A DNA stretch of 63,593 nt, the filler included, from Reclinomonas americana ATCC 50394 (taxonomy: Eukaryota), in NCBI GenBank assembly GCA_048213135.1. It is 24 parts of 24 records of this genome, joined end to end, with 100 filler letters (N's around TTAATTAATTAA, not from the genome) between each part and the next. Parts side by side here need not be neighbours in the genome. Positions count along the whole stretch, not along the records: positions 17,865 to 21,889 come from AFZH01022895.1; positions 21,990 to 22,997 come from AFZH01022896.1; positions 23,098 to 27,069 come from AFZH01022897.1; positions 27,170 to 32,987 come from AFZH01022898.1; 20 more parts are not named here. One strand, 5' to 3'. Positions 18,804 through 32,244 of the stretch are shown in pieces. The notes beneath the pieces were generated by a model. It searched no databases and was not told the DNA's origin. It was given only the letters and a program-made list of their open reading frames with translations. Position numbers and translations under genes: made by a program. The stretch's first letter is position 1; every line of letters starts with the position of its first letter.

Positions 18804-21198
18804 ATGATGCCTTCCAAGGTGACGCTGCTGGCGCTTCTGCTGGCACTGCTGGCTGTGGCGTGTGCGGCCAGCTTGGCTCGTGCGTCTGCCTCCCTCTTGC
18901 TCCACTGTCGCGAGAACCGATCGCGACACTCACTCCCTTTTTTCGCGCGCATTTGCTGCAGAGGGTGAAATCATGGATGAGGAGATGGTGGTCAAGGACG
19001 TGCTGGTGGAGAGCGAGAGCAAACAGGAGGAGCAGCAGCAGATTGGTGCGTTTTATTCTGACTGCGTTTTTTCGCGCGCAATGCGTTTCATTTTTTCGCG
19101 CGCTCAGTGGAGGATCTCGACGATGCCAACCTCTTCGTCAGCGACGAGGAAGAGAACAACGTACTCGAAGAGGAGGACGAGCTCGAGACCACCATCGACA
19201 ACGAGGAGGAGGAGGAGGAGGAGGAGGAGGAGGAGGACGAGGAAGACTTGTTGTGGAGGAAGACTCGTTTGTGGAGGAGGAGGAGGAGGAGGAGGAACAG
19301 GATGTCGATGAGGATGAGGAAGAGGAGGAGGATGAGGAGGACGAAGAAGAGGAGAACGAGGAGGACTTCAGGTTTTCGGAGACTGCCGACAATGACAAAG
19401 GTGAATTCGTGTGCCGCTCCACTGTGCTAGCTGCAGCTCGTCACCGACACTAATCGTGTCTCTCTCTCACGCAGATCTCGAGTACTGCAAGGTGAGAGAC
19501 CATGCATACCTCTTTCCCTCTCTGCCTGTCGGCCATTTGACTTTGTCATGCAGGCTGCCCGTCGTCGCAAGCGAGGAAAGAGCAGCAAGGTTAAAATTCT
19601 TGGCACTTTTCCTCCTATCTGCGGTGTGCACCGGTGACTGAACTCGAGCTCGTTATCAGGGCGACAAGACCAAGAAGGGCAAGGACGGCAAGAAGGACGG
19701 CAAGAAGGACGGCAAGAAGGATGACAAGAAGGGCAAGAAGAGCAAGGATGACAAGAAGAAGGGCAAGGTTCGCGTTCACAGTCGCCAGGTGTCATCGTCC
19801 TCCTGCTCGCACAAACTCACTCGCACGCATGCTAACAGCCGGCCAAGGACGACAAGCACAAGCCGGGCAAGCCGGGTAAGCCTGGAAAGCCCGGCAAGCC
19901 GGGTAAGCCTGGAAAGCCCGGCAAGCCGGCAGGCAAGCCCGGAAAGCCAGGCAAGCCGACAGACAAGCCCGGTAAGCCTGGAAAGCCGGGCAAGCCGGCA
20001 GGCAAGCCCGGAAAGCCGGGCAAGCCGGCAGACAAGCCTGGAAAGCCCGGCAAGCCAGGCAAGCCCGGTAAGCCCGGTAAGCCGGCAGACAAGCCTGGAA
20101 AGCCCGGTAAGCCTGGCAAGCCGGCTCATCCTGGTAAGCCAGGCAAGCCGGCAGGCAAGCCCGGAAAGCCTGGCAAGCCTGCAGGAAAGCCCGTCAAACC
20201 CGGCAAGCCCGCCAAACCGGCGCATGGCAAGCCTGGCAAGGTACAGCTTAACAATACCGAAATCCACGTGCCTGCTTTCTGGGAACTCATTCGTCTCCGC
20301 AGCCTGCTCCGCATGGTCCGCCTGGCAAGACCGGTCCGGTGAGTGACATTCTTGCAAGCTTGCGTTTGCCACGCACTCGAAGCCTCCTCATTGAATGCTA
20401 CCGTAGAAGGGACACCCCGCCAAGGGACACCCCGGGAAGCCCAAGCCGCACGGAAACAAGGTGTGTATGCTGGTGTGCGTGACACACAGAAGAGCAATAC
20501 CGCCGTGTACTGATCGATGGACCTCACTGTGCAGCCCAAGCCCGGCCATCCTACCAAGGTACAGTCGGGGTTCAGAGCTTCATCTGCTTGCGTCGTCTCA
20601 GCCTAAACATGTGTCCATCTGCGCAGCCTGGACCCAAGAGTCCGCCACACAAGACCGGCCCGGTATGTCGTCAGATTTGCACAAATGCATACACAGCAGC
20701 TGCTTACTTGCATGCTGGTTTAACAGAAGGGTCATCCCGGAAAGCCTAAGCCTGCTGGTCACGGCAAGGGCGGAGCCAAGGGCAAGGTATGAAACATGCT
20801 TCGCTAGCGCTGGAAGTGTTCACTTGCATATTGCAGTCCCTTATGCTTATGCCGCAGATTGTGGCCCCGTGCACCTTCTTGTCAAACTACTTTGGCAAGT
20901 TCGGCTGCGCGGTGAGTCGTGTCCGCGCCCGACTCTTCTCTTCTGCAGGCGTCGACTCACTGTTTTTTTCCGACGGTTTGCAGGCCACCGATTTCGGTTT
21001 CAAGCAGGGCGCCCGAGTCTTCTGCTGCCGTGTTGCGTCTCAGTTGGCGCGCCTGCCTACGCGCTGATGCGAGCCACAGTCACTCACCCGTACCTGTGGG
21101 GCTTGCTTGCATGCGTGCAGAGCGTCGTCTACTCTACCAACCCGCCGGAGCTTGCCCCGGTCGCCGGCAGCTGCAAGTGCCTGTCAGGAAAGAAGTAA
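18804..21198 (+). CDS. Secreted low-complexity protein: signal peptide, Glu/Asp tract, (DGKK)n, (KPG)n collagen-like block, Cys-containing C-terminus; multi-exon
   Basis: [24 protein letters not shown]; poly-GAG; 19860-20240 reads KPGKPGKPG with PA/PTD/PAD interruptions; many short GT..AG introns. Confidence 0.7.
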
Positions 21199-21518
21199 TC
21201 GCGCGCGCGGTACACCACTGCGCGACAGCCGTATGACAACGTGGGTTTTCAAGTCTACGTGCCACAAAAACACTCGTGCGAACACCACAGTGAACAAAAA
21301 AAGCAATGCATTCATGCAAATACATTGGGAGCTGGTTGTTTGCAGTTCGCATGAAGGAGCAACTTTCAGCGGAGGAGACGAGCTCTCGTGCCCACACCAC
21401 CACCACCACACCTGGGCACAAGCCGGGGGATTATTGGCCGAATAGAAATGCAATACGTTGGCAGTCGGTTGCGACGGACGGATCATCTCCCTTCCTCTGT
21501 ACTCCCGCGACGCCCTCC

Positions 21519-21815
21519 ATGCGTCGCCTGCGCATTGCGCACGTACTCTTACTCCTCCTCGCCATCACCCTGGCATGCTCTCTCGCCGCACACGCTGGTG
21601 AGCGCTGTGTCTGACTCTTTTACCCATATATGGTCATGTGCTCTCACACTCACTCTCACACTCACACACACAGAGTTCCTCTATGTGGTCGCTCAAGCAC
21701 CCGGAAACAGCCCATCACGTGTGTTGACAGTGGATCTCACTGCACCTGTCAATCCAGTCACACCAGGCGGCAACATGACCTATCCAACTTCTTGGTTGGA
21801 CCTGGTGTGTGTGTG

Positions 21816-21889
<74 letters not shown>

Positions 21890-22980
21890 NNNNNNNNNNN
21901 NNNNNNNNNNNNNNNNNNNNNNNNNNNNNNNNNTTAATTAATTAANNNNNNNNNNNNNNNNNNNNNNNNNNNNNNNNNNNNNNNNNNNNGCACTCATTTC
22001 AGATGCATTCAATCATCAGGGTGTGAATGTCATGGGCACAGCGTGGGATATTCGACTCTTCCGCGGCAACGTTGCGCTGCTCTCACCAGCACTCCTCACT
22101 GTCACACGCGCTCTCTCTTATACGCTCTCTCACACACAGCTTTACGTGGCCGCCGACCTCATCTCTACTGGCCAGCCGAATGACGATCCAAACTCCCTGA
22201 TGATGTTCGACGGCAACTCGTGGAGCATTCCCGGCTCTGTCACCGGTGGCTCTGTGCGTGCTCTGGCGTACGTGCCGCCGTTGCCCGATAATCCGGCCAC
22301 CGAGAAGCTGTATGTGGGAGGTCCGTGTGGCGACGGCGACGAGTCACACTCATTGAGAGGGGAAGAGGAGCTCACCTCTCGCGGTGTGTGTAGGCACCTT
22401 CTCCGACGTTGGTAATCTGGCGTGCCAGGAAGAGTGCCCGCCACCGGCACTGCGCATCGGCGTATACACGTTTGACAGGGGTATTTGGTGAGTGAAATGG
22501 GGAGAGAGAGCGAGAGTGTGTGTCAGTGAGTTGCTTTCCGTGTCTGAGGCAAGAGTCGATAGAAGGCAGACCACCGAACAGGTACAGAGCACACAAGACG
22601 ATTGCACAACAGCAGCCAGACACAGGAGTCGCAGCCTCTCTCGCTCTCTCTCTCTGAGAAAAGCGAACGTGGGGAGTGCGTCGATTCTGACGCTTTGTGC
22701 TGCTCCCAGGTCACCGATGGGCACCGGCATTAGTGGACGCGTCAACGCCATTGCGCCTGGGTCCGGTGGCATTGTGTACGTCGGTGGCCTGTTCACCAAG
22801 GTGAGCGGCGGAGTTGTTGATCTTCCCTCGTCCTCCTCCTTTTTACCAACTCTTTTGTTTCTGTGCAGGCCGGCGGTGTCACCGTCAGCAACGTTGCCTA
22901 CTTTTATCCCGTGATTGACGAGGAGGCCGAGACTGAATCATTCTTCTGGGCCGCCATGGGCGCCGGTCTCCCTTCTGGTT
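21519..22980 (+). CDS. Secreted beta-propeller-repeat (Rax2-like) protein, fragments on two contigs
   Basis: Signal peptide MRRLRIAHVLLLLLAITLACSLA; repeats GGSVRALAY..LYVGG and GRVNAIAP..VYVGGLFTKAGGVTVSNVAYF; continuity across the linker is inferred. Confidence 0.55.
21819..21889. repeat. (GA)n microsatellite at a contig end; similar tracts at 32868-32987, 56105-56260 and 62300-62410
   Basis: Direct observation; these tracts probably explain several assembly breaks. Confidence 0.95.
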
Positions 22981-23109
22981 GCGTCTCTCTCTCTCTCNNN
23001 NNNNNNNNNNNNNNNNNNNNNNNNNNNNNNNNNNNNNNNNNTTAATTAATTAANNNNNNNNNNNNNNNNNNNNNNNNNNNNNNNNNNNNNNNNNNNNGGC
23101 AGAATCAGC

Positions 23110-23759
23110 AATGGACTGATCATGTCGCCGACGTCGAGCATGATGCACGACGCGATTGTGCAGGGTGTGGTCGGACACAGGAGACAGAGTGCGCCCAATC
23201 CACGGCTGGTGCGTCTGTTTTCTTACTGTCTCCCTCATCATCATTCGTCTGTCTCACTGCTACGTTGCAGCATCGCGCGATGCGACGATTGGCCAGCATT
23301 CTGGAGACGGTGTGGTCGACGGCACACAGCGACGTGGCCATTGACAAGAGCGACGTGCACTGTATCTTTGAGCAGTACGTGGAGCTGTCGGCGCACCACC
23401 CCCACCACGGCCACAAGAGCGATTCACGGACCGAGCCGCACATGACCAGTGAGGCGCTCTGCAACCTCGTGCACGACGTGGTGCAGATCTTTTGCTCGTT
23501 GCCAGTGCGATCGTTGCGTCTCTCCTCTCACCGCTGAGCATGCGCACGTGCGTTGGAGTCTCACCACAAGCGATACAGGGAGGCGGAAAAGACCCGTGCC
23601 GATCGCTTCACGGCGTGGTCGTTCTCGCCCGATGCCGCCAAGCGCTTCGATGAATTGCATCGCGACTTTGACGACAAGAGCTACGGCTACGTCACGGAGC
23701 GTGAGTTCCTGCGCAACTATCAGGAGCTGCTCACTCACTTTTTCGACGAGCGATTTTGA
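23110..23759 (+). CDS. Eukaryotic protein with an EF-hand-like C-terminus, partial
   Basis: FDELHRDFDDKSYGYVTEREFLRNY resembles an EF loop; exons inferred. Confidence 0.4.
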
Positions 23760-23927
23760 GAAAAAGAAAAACACATGAAAAACTAATTACGGGAGGAGTT
23801 TGCATCGCGCAGACTCTCTCTCTCACTATCACTCTTCTTCCATCAACATTCATGATAAGGAGTAAAGCTATGAATGATTTCTCTTTTCTCCAAACACGCG
23901 TCGCTGTACTTGAGAGAGCATGTGTAC

Positions 23928-26747
23928 TCACTCGGCCATCTTGCAGAAATCCTCATAGACGATGTTGCTCACCACGCGTCCGTTGTACGGGCCCTTGTTG
24001 ATGCGCAGCGTCGCACTGAACTTGTCAAAGTCCACCTGCACGCATTGCAGGTGGTAAGCCACACAAAGGATACGGTGTCAAAGAGAGAAACGCAACAGAT
24101 TCAAGAACAGCCGTCGATCCACGGAACGCTCCATTGACAATCAGGACCTCGTGCCCGATTTGCTGCAGCAACCGGGGGAAAAAAGTGAGCCGTGCATCGC
24201 CTCTCTTTCCCTCAATCCATCTTTGCCACTCACCGGAATCACCGTCGAGAGGTGCACTTGGTCGAGTCGCAGCACATCGCCCGAGTCGAGCATCCTCACC
24301 TCGCCCACGTACCGATCGTGCACGCGACGCACCACGCCCTTCTTGTTGAGATACTTGCCGTCGGCCAGCTTGCTGTGTGTGCACTTGACCACAATGCCCT
24401 CGGCCAGCCAGTAGTCCTTGCGATTCGATTTTTCACGGCGCTGCTCCTCCTCGGCCAGCAGCGACTCCAGCTCCGAGCGCGGACGCTTGCTGCCACTCTC
24501 CGTGGTCTCCGGCTTGCTGCGCGACTTTTTCCTCTTCTCGGGCTCGCCGAAAATGGAGGGCGGTGGTGGCATGGCCGCCGCATCGTCGGCCTTCTCCTCC
24601 TTCTTGGTGAGGTTGAGGTCGAGCACCAGAGGCGCCTCGTCTTCGCCGCGAATGAGTTCCTGCGGACCGACGGGCTCGCTCGGAGTGGTACTGGAGGCGG
24701 CGGCGGCGGTAGCGGCGGCCACCTGAGCCTCCAGGAATTTGTGTGAGCGTTCCGAGTCGTCCATGTCGGAGCGTTGTTTCTTGGCCAGTGCTTCCTGCAG
24801 GGAAGAGTGAGGAGAAGGGGAGACTGGGGAAAGGGGGGAAGGGGGAAAGGGGAAGGGGTGGGGAGTAGATGGGAAGGAAAGGAGTGGATGAAGAGAGAAG
24901 GGGAAAAGAGGATGGGAATGAGAGAAAGGGGGAAGGGAGAGACAGAGGCGTACGAGGAGAGAAGGGGGAAGGGGGGAAGGGAGGATGAGGATGAGGGGAG
25001 GGGGAAAGGGGTGGGGAGTAGATGGGAAGGAAAGGAGTGGATGAAAAGAGAAGGGGAAGGCGAGCAAGAAGGAAGGTGAAGGGAGGAGGGACCTGGGAAG
25101 AGAGAGCAAGGGCGAGGAAGGAAAGGAGAGTGAGAGTGAGAGTGAGGAAGTGAGAGGTAAAGACGGAAGGAAAGTAGACGGAAGAGGAAAGGAAATGAGG
25201 AGGGAAGAAGGAAAGCCGGCAGCTTTGAGAAAGAGAGAGAGATTGAAGACAGGAAGAGAAGAGAGCAACCCACAGAGAGAGAGAGAGAGAAAGCACAAGA
25301 ACTGGAAGGAGGAAAGAGCATTGACCCGAGCACGAGAAGCTGCTCCTCAATACAAACCTGCTTGGCAATTGCGCGTGGATCTCGATCAATCCACGTGATG
25401 AACCAGCCTTTGGGCGTATCCTCCACGTGACACTTGCCGGTGCGACCGAGATACTTGACGAATTCGGTGAGTGTGGTCCACACGGTGGAGTTCATGTGGA
25501 TGTGCTCCTTGTCGGCAATGTACTCCTGGTACGCTTGGTTGGCATTGACTCGCGACACGTTGTGCCTAACGAAGACAAGTGAGCAGAAGAACGGAGAAGG
25601 CAACAAGCAAGCTGTACGCACCGTCGACTGAGCACTTCAAGAAAGTGCGCCTCAAAGTCTTTGGAGAACTGGTCCATGAAGCGATTGGGATTTTGCGCAA
25701 AGAGCTCCATCATACGCATGTGGCTCTCCGACGTGCAGTGGCACTGCATGAACCGCAGTCAGACAGAGAGGGGAGAGGGAGGAGAAGGAAAGAGTGCTGA
25801 CCTTGAATCCGTTCTCATCTCGGCACTGCTTCTCGCACATCTGGCAGTACCATCGCAGCTTTCCGAGTCCCTTGGCCTGCGGAGGAACAGGATGTGAGGG
25901 AGGGGAGAAGGGAGAGGAAGAGGAGGGAGAAGAGAGACGGTGGAGAAGAGGAACAGGGAACGAGGGGTTGGAGACTCCAGCAACTGAGGAGAAGAAAGAG
26001 GAGAAGAGTGGAGAAGAGAGATAGCAACTGCGAGAGAAGGGGGAACGTGGGTGTGCAGGCTCCACAATGGAGCACCAGCAGAGTGTGCAGGAGAGACAGT
26101 AAACAGGAACAGATGCCGACTGTGTGGGAGAGAGGGAGGAGAAGAGAGAGACAGCAATCAAGAACGAGGCTGTGAGAGAACGGAGTACGAGGGTTGCAGA
26201 CTCCACAATGGAACATCAGTAGAGTGAGGGAGCAAGAGAGACAGCGACCAGGAACAGATACTGACTGTGTGTGCATGTGAGAGTGGTGGGGAGAGAAGAG
26301 AGACTGCAATCGAGAACGAGGCTGTGAGAGAACAGAGAACGAAGGGCAGCATACCGCGCAATGCAACACCACTTGCTAGAGTGAGAGAACAAGAGAGACA
26401 GTAACTGGAAAGTTCAAGTCAGTGAGGAGGCAAGGGGGAAGATAGAAAGGAGAGTGAGCAGGATGAGCTGCTGACTGTGTGTACTTGAGAACAGGAGTGA
26501 GAGAGGTCGATTCACATTGTGACTGATGGTGCAAGAACAAACTGACCCCCCTTCGCCTTGCTACACACACACAAACACGTGAAAGAGAGTGAGCAGAGTG
26601 CAAGAAACACACACACAGCAGAGAGCACACAAGCTCCACGCGACAGTCACAGTCTCTACCTCTTACACTGCACGTGCAATCAACACACACACACACCTTG
26701 ATGCGATTGGCAATGGCCTTGGGCGTCAAGAACCCGTTCTTGCTCAT
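23928..26747 (-). CDS. KIN17: KIN17 DNA/RNA-binding protein, multi-exon
   Basis: MSKNGFLTPKAIANRIK / AKGLGKLRWYCQMCEKQCRDENGFK / CHCTSESH / HIHMNSTVWTTLTEFVKYLGRTG / KDYWLAEGIVVK / YEDFCK. Confidence 0.97.
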
Positions 26748-27169
26748 TCTCAACAACAAACAAACAGACAGAGATGAAGGACACAAAGAGGACACGCACT
26801 CTCCCTTCGTTCCTCATGGGCGGAACGCCTTCAAAGGTCACACTCACTGCAGCACACACACACGCTCTCCCCCTCCCCCTCACACACTCACACACTGAGC
26901 TCATTCCTGTCACTGTCTCCCATCACGCGCTCATGTTCTTCTCAACAATCAATCACTCGCTGTCTCACACCTTCCGCTCCATTGCCCTCTCCCTCTCTCA
27001 CACTCACTCACACTCCCTCCCCCTCTCCCTTTGATCACCTCGCAGGCGCCCTCCTCGTCCACTGGATCGNNNNNNNNNNNNNNNNNNNNNNNNNNNNNNN
27101 NNNNNNNNNNNNNTTAATTAATTAANNNNNNNNNNNNNNNNNNNNNNNNNNNNNNNNNNNNNNNNNNNN

Positions 27170-27928
27170 TTTAAGGCGTATGTTCGAGCGCTGTCGGCGA
27201 CTGTGGCACCGGGCGATGCGGTGCTGCGCTCGGGCGTGCATCTGAATGTGGTGCGGCGACTTGTGCATCGTGCGTTCCCGGCAGTGAAGGTCGCAGTGCC
27301 GGCGACCGATCACAGTGTGCCGCCGGTGCCGAGGCCGGCGCCTGGCGACACCACAGTCACCGTGGAGACACTGGATCGCGTGCGCACGGCGAGCAGCGAT
27401 ACGTGGAAGCTGCAGCTGCCCATCGCCGCCAACACCTTGGACAAGCAGATCAACGAGGTGCTGAGCGAGCGCTCCTACGCCGCAGCGGCGCGCGCGACCT
27501 CGCAAATCGGCCCGTACCGGCACTACCGCGACATTGAGTACTGGTTCGACACCGCCACCAAGCACACCTACATGGTCCTCTACCCGGTGTGGGTCATCAG
27601 CTACCAATGGAACGGCCACGACTTTGGCGTGCTCGTCGACGCCACCTCCGGCACCTGCAACGTGGTGCACGCGGAGCGTCCACGCGTGGAGTTCTGGAAG
27701 GCGGCTGCTGCATTCACCGCCGCAGCTGCCGCCACAGCAGGCGCTCTCTACGCACTAGACAAGGGCGTGGAACCTGCACCTCTGGTGACAGGCGCAGCAG
27801 CATTCGGCGCCACAATGCTCCTCCTGCGCACCGTGCAAGCAATGCGAAGCGGAGTCGGAGAGAAGAAACAACAACCTGCAGGTCCTCCGACTGCCACCAC
27901 AGCAGCAGCAGCTGCTGGCGGCAAGTGA
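27170..27928 (+). CDS. Membrane-anchored protein, 5' partial
   Basis: YPVWVISYQWNGHDFGVLVDATSG..ERP followed by two hydrophobic segments. Confidence 0.5.
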   Translation, partial: FKAYVRALSATVAPGDAVLRSGVHLNVVRRLVHRAFPAVKVAVPATDHSVPPVPRPAPGDTTVTVETLDRVRTASSDTWKLQLPIAANTLDKQINEVLSERSYAAAARATSQIGPYRHYRDIEYWFDTATKHTYMVLYPVWVISYQWNGHDFGVLVDATSGTCNVVHAERPRVEFWKAAAAFTAAAAATAGALYALDKGVEPAPLVTGAAAFGATMLLLRTVQAMRSGVGEKKQQPAGPPTATTAAAAAGGK

Positions 27929-28441
27929 GCTGCCCATGTACTCCCTCCTCCTCCTCAATGACATCACTGGTGTTCACTCATTGTCACTCCCCTTGCCCTC
28001 CTCCTCGCACATTACCCGCACTTTGCGCGGCATGACACTCGCGCTGCGTCAATCACCTTGCGGCACTGTCCCTTCAGCGAGTCCTCCGCTGTCTCCGCAC
28101 ACGCAGCGCTCTGCAGCTGATAGCGGCAGTCACGCGCACACGCTGTGTTGCATTTTTTTGCCACGTGTCAAACACAGACAAGCCGCTTTTTTCTCTTCAC
28201 CACAAAAGATACGCAACGCAAGCATGCACAGGTGTAGTCTGTCTCGCGCACAATGATCACCGGCTTCGGCATCGTCTTCTCTGTGCACACACATGTGTGC
28301 TCCTCACTGCACTTTGCATTCTTGTCGGCATTCACGCATCGGTATCGCGACTCATCCGCCGCCGCCACTGCCACCACTGTCACAGCGACCGCCACCAGCA
28401 ACAACACAAACAACAGCTTCATCGCGCACACTCTGATTGCG

Positions 28442-29819
28442 TCACAGATCGTCCTCCTCGTCATCGTCCGCGGGGACCAATGCGCCGCCGTCGTGCTTCT
28501 GGCGAAGTTCATCGGTGGCATGCGCGTCGAGAAGGGCACCGGAGAGGTTGACGTCGATAAAGTCGGCGCCGGTGAGCGTGGCGTCGAGAAGCGAGGCGTT
28601 GCTGAGGTCGACGTTGGTGAATCGCGCAGGAGCGATCATGCCGTCGTCGCTGGCGTCGAGTCGAGCGCCTCCGAGGTCGGCCTGTGGCATGGCGACGTTG
28701 TGGAAGACGGTGCCGCTGAGTACGAGGCCGCGGAGATTGGCGTTGTCGGGTAGACGGCAGTCGGTGAGCTGGGCACCTTGGAGGGAGACGAGGAGCTCGA
28801 GGCGGGCGTCGAGCAGCGAGACGTCGTTCATGATCACGTCGGTGAGGTCGGTGTCGCGGAGATCGGCGCCTTGCAGGGTGCAGTTTCGCAGGCGGGCGCC
28901 GCGGAGGTGCGCGCCACGCAGGTTGGCTCCCGACAGGTCCACGTCGGTGAGCGTGGCGCCGTTGAGGTTGGCCTGTCGCAGATCGGCGCCAACGAGCTGT
29001 GCGTCCGTCACCTCGGCCCGCACCAGTGTGGCCTCGCGCAAATCGGCTTGCGACAGGTCGCTCTCCACCACCACGCACTGCGCGAGGGCGGCACGTCGCA
29101 GGTGCACGCCGCTGGCCAGTGTGTGCGATACGAGCGCGAGGCGAGCGCCCGACAAGCGCATCTCGCGCACATCGAGCCCACACAGCGATGCGCCATGGCC
29201 GCCGGGGGCACTCGACAACAGTGCCGACATTTCGGCGCCACTCATAGGCGTGAACTCCCTGCCGCGATCGCTCGTCGACGACAGCAGCGTCGACGGAACG
29301 CGGAACTGAAAGTAGGCCAGCTCACCGCTCACCGCATCGCGTTGCCACGGCAGCATCGTCGATTGCTAGCGTGTGAAGGAAGGAAAGCGATCGGGTGAGC
29401 TGCATGCACATCATGCGGCAAAGGAATGGTGACACGAGACCATAAACTTGACAATCGCCCCCGCCTCATCGTTCTTGTGATCGAGCAGTGACGACGGTCC
29501 GCTGTGCGCCCCGGCGTGCGGCAACGTCTGCTCCGCCGCAAAGTACAGCACCTGCAACAGCAGCTCAAACGCCACCGGATCGCGATGCAAGACCAGTCGT
29601 CCGTCACGATCGATCGCCGGTCCCGAGGTCGCCGAGGGGCGATCTGTTCTCCGTGGCCAGTGAGCGAGGGTAAAGGAGGAGGATGAATGTTCTCTCTCAC
29701 TCACCTGCTGCTCGATCGACCAGCTCGGTGAGGTGGTTCTCCCCGAGGGCGCCGAGAACGCCACGCGGAACGCTGAGGAGGCGATCGCGTATGCGAATCT
29801 CATGCACGCGATACGACAT
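28442..29819 (-). CDS. BTB/POZ plus pentapeptide-repeat protein (KCTD9-like architecture)
   Basis: DGRLVLHRDPVAFELLL (T1-type BTB) and a long A(D/N)LxG pentapeptide array; two introns inferred. Confidence 0.75.
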
Positions 29820-32209
29820 TGGTGCTGCTGCTGTCCTCCACGCGCCACAGCACCTGTTGATCAGATGGAACGTGAGCGAGAGGGAGGGAGTGGAGGGAGG
29901 GCAGGAGCGTCGCAACTCTCTCTTCGGTGAGTGGATCTGCTTGTTGATTCCCTCCTGTGTCCGGTGGAAGCAGCTGACGGGAGGCACGCAGGGCGATGCG
30001 GGCGGCGGTGAGTGAGGCGCGTGAGGCGAGGAGGAGGAGGGGGATGGCCAGGAGGATGTCCAGCAGGAGGGACATCCGCGTGGTGACAGCGGGGAAAAGG
30101 GGAAGGAAGGGTGACGGAGAAGAGGACGTCGAAGTTGGAGGTGGCACGGAGGATACAGCCCTCGCGATCTTCACTGTTCAACACTAGCATGGGCAGTAGC
30201 AGAGAAGAACATGTTCCATGTGCATTCGCGGTGACTCGGCACGGCACGACATCAACAGTTGTCAACAACAACAACTTCTTCATTGCATGCAGTTGCCAAA
30301 TTCGAAGTTCGCTGCCCTCGGTCGCTAAGGAGGCCGTCGCGTGTTAGTAGCTGGCGAACTACGGTGCTGCTCGTGCGCATCGTTGAAGTCCGTTTGCCAG
30401 ATCGTGACTGTGCCACGAGGGATACGTCTGTTGCTGCTGCGGTCGCGGAGGCGCTGCTCGATCGATGTCTCACCTATCCAAGGACTCACTGCCTTGCAAA
30501 TGCAAGGAGTGGGATGCAAAGACGCTCTGCGGCCTCGCTGCGATGCCGGCGAGCCGGATGTCTGAGATGCTCGGCGATTTGATGCTGCTGGCCGGCCCAT
30601 GGCCAAGGCAGAGTCACGCCGTACTGCCACGTATGGCCGCATCCAGAGCCGCTTCCGCCGCCCTGAGCTCATCATCGTCAGGCCGTGCGGCAGCCACCGT
30701 GTGCTGCGGATCCGCAAGCGCCCCCAAGGTCGCCATAAGCATGCCAGCGGGGATGTCGGAGAAAACACGACGAAGAACGTTCGTCTGTGAATGTGTGAGA
30801 GAAACGTTGTCACCTTCGCTGCAAAGCGTGGCCAGCACGCACATCATCAACGGCATTGACCTCGAACTCGTCAGCAGAATCGTACACAATCTTGAACGAG
30901 ACATCGGCTTCGATTGTGCGCCCGGGAGACGGAGACAGAATGGAGTGCGTCACCTCCGGAGGCCTGGACGCACAGCGCCCGAGGTCTGCCACGGCATGCT
31001 CTATCGTCAGGTTATGCGCGGTGCCTCGGGCGTCCGTGGTTTTCCACACCCACGTCCTCTTGCCGTTGTGTACGCAGTGCGAAAATCGTCGCTTGACATG
31101 CAGCGTCCAGTCTGGAAGCACACCGCTGCACACAGCCTCGACACGTGAGAACGGAATGCAGCTGTGGCGTACACACAATCGCCCATCACGCACTCATCGC
31201 GGCACGCACGGATCTCTTCCTCGACGACGTGCCACCTGCTCGCCTGCACAACAGCACACTCAATCACTCGGGCCCCGATCTCGAGGCGTGCCAAGTCGCC
31301 GTCGTGAAAGCGCACAATCACTGTCGACCATCCACGGGGGGAGTCGACACTCCCTTCGACATGGACCAACGTTGCGGTGGACGAACGCACACGGGCATCA
31401 AAGGCGACAAATCCCACGAATGGCAGCGTTCCGATCACGTGAACCTTGTATCGATTGAACGAGAGCAGCAGGCGGATCGACTGTGTGCAGCTGCAGCATC
31501 ATGCACCATCGCTCGCTCGCTGTAGCGTTAGGCTGCAAACCTCGGCCGCCAGTGCCACTCCGAATCCATTCATCGTCAGCAGCGATTTGTGTATCTCTTC
31601 CGTGCGTGTCAGGCACACAGATGGCATGATCATGCGTTCCATCGCCGATCTCTCGTCTTCGCACGCGTCGCCAAGGTCGCTCGTGCTCTCGGAAATGCCC
31701 ATTCAAGGTGATTTACAGAGTGCAGAGCTCGAGGACGTCGACGTTGTTGCAGAGCATCTGGGCGAAAGAAAGCAACCTGTAGCGGAGGCGGAGAACAGTG
31801 CGCTGCAGGACGACGCTTGTCGCTGGAGAGAACGAAGAGCAAAAGGCGTGCGGAGTTGTTTGATTTTGCAATTGCATGCAACTTCGCGAAGTGTTCATGC
31901 ATCTTGCGCGCTTCAGTGAATGCCGGCGTCTCGCATGTACACACCACTGCCTGTCACGCACGTACACTGTGCCACACACACACAGAGCAGGCGCCATGCG
32001 CGTCATTCTGCGTCCTGTGAAGTTTAATTCTCTCTCTGCCCGCTCTCTCTGCGCGCAATTCACCTCTCAACCATGGGAGCCGCATACTCTGGTGGACCTA
32101 TTGTCGACTGTGCCGTCGCTGATGTGAGTGAAAACGCGTCACACATAAAGTACAGTCAAACGAAATGTATATGTGACGGCAACTACAAGAACACAGACTC
32201 ACATGCGCA

Positions 32210-32244
<35 letters not shown>

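Noticed and set aside
19832..20119. Minus-strand (GLP/GFP)n collagen-like ORF
   Set aside because: Antisense shadow of the plus-strand KPG exon, which has splice sites and an upstream signal peptide.
30325..32063. Overlapping ORFs as an identifiable gene
   Set aside because: Probably coding on the minus strand, but I could not recognise a domain or a consistent exon chain.
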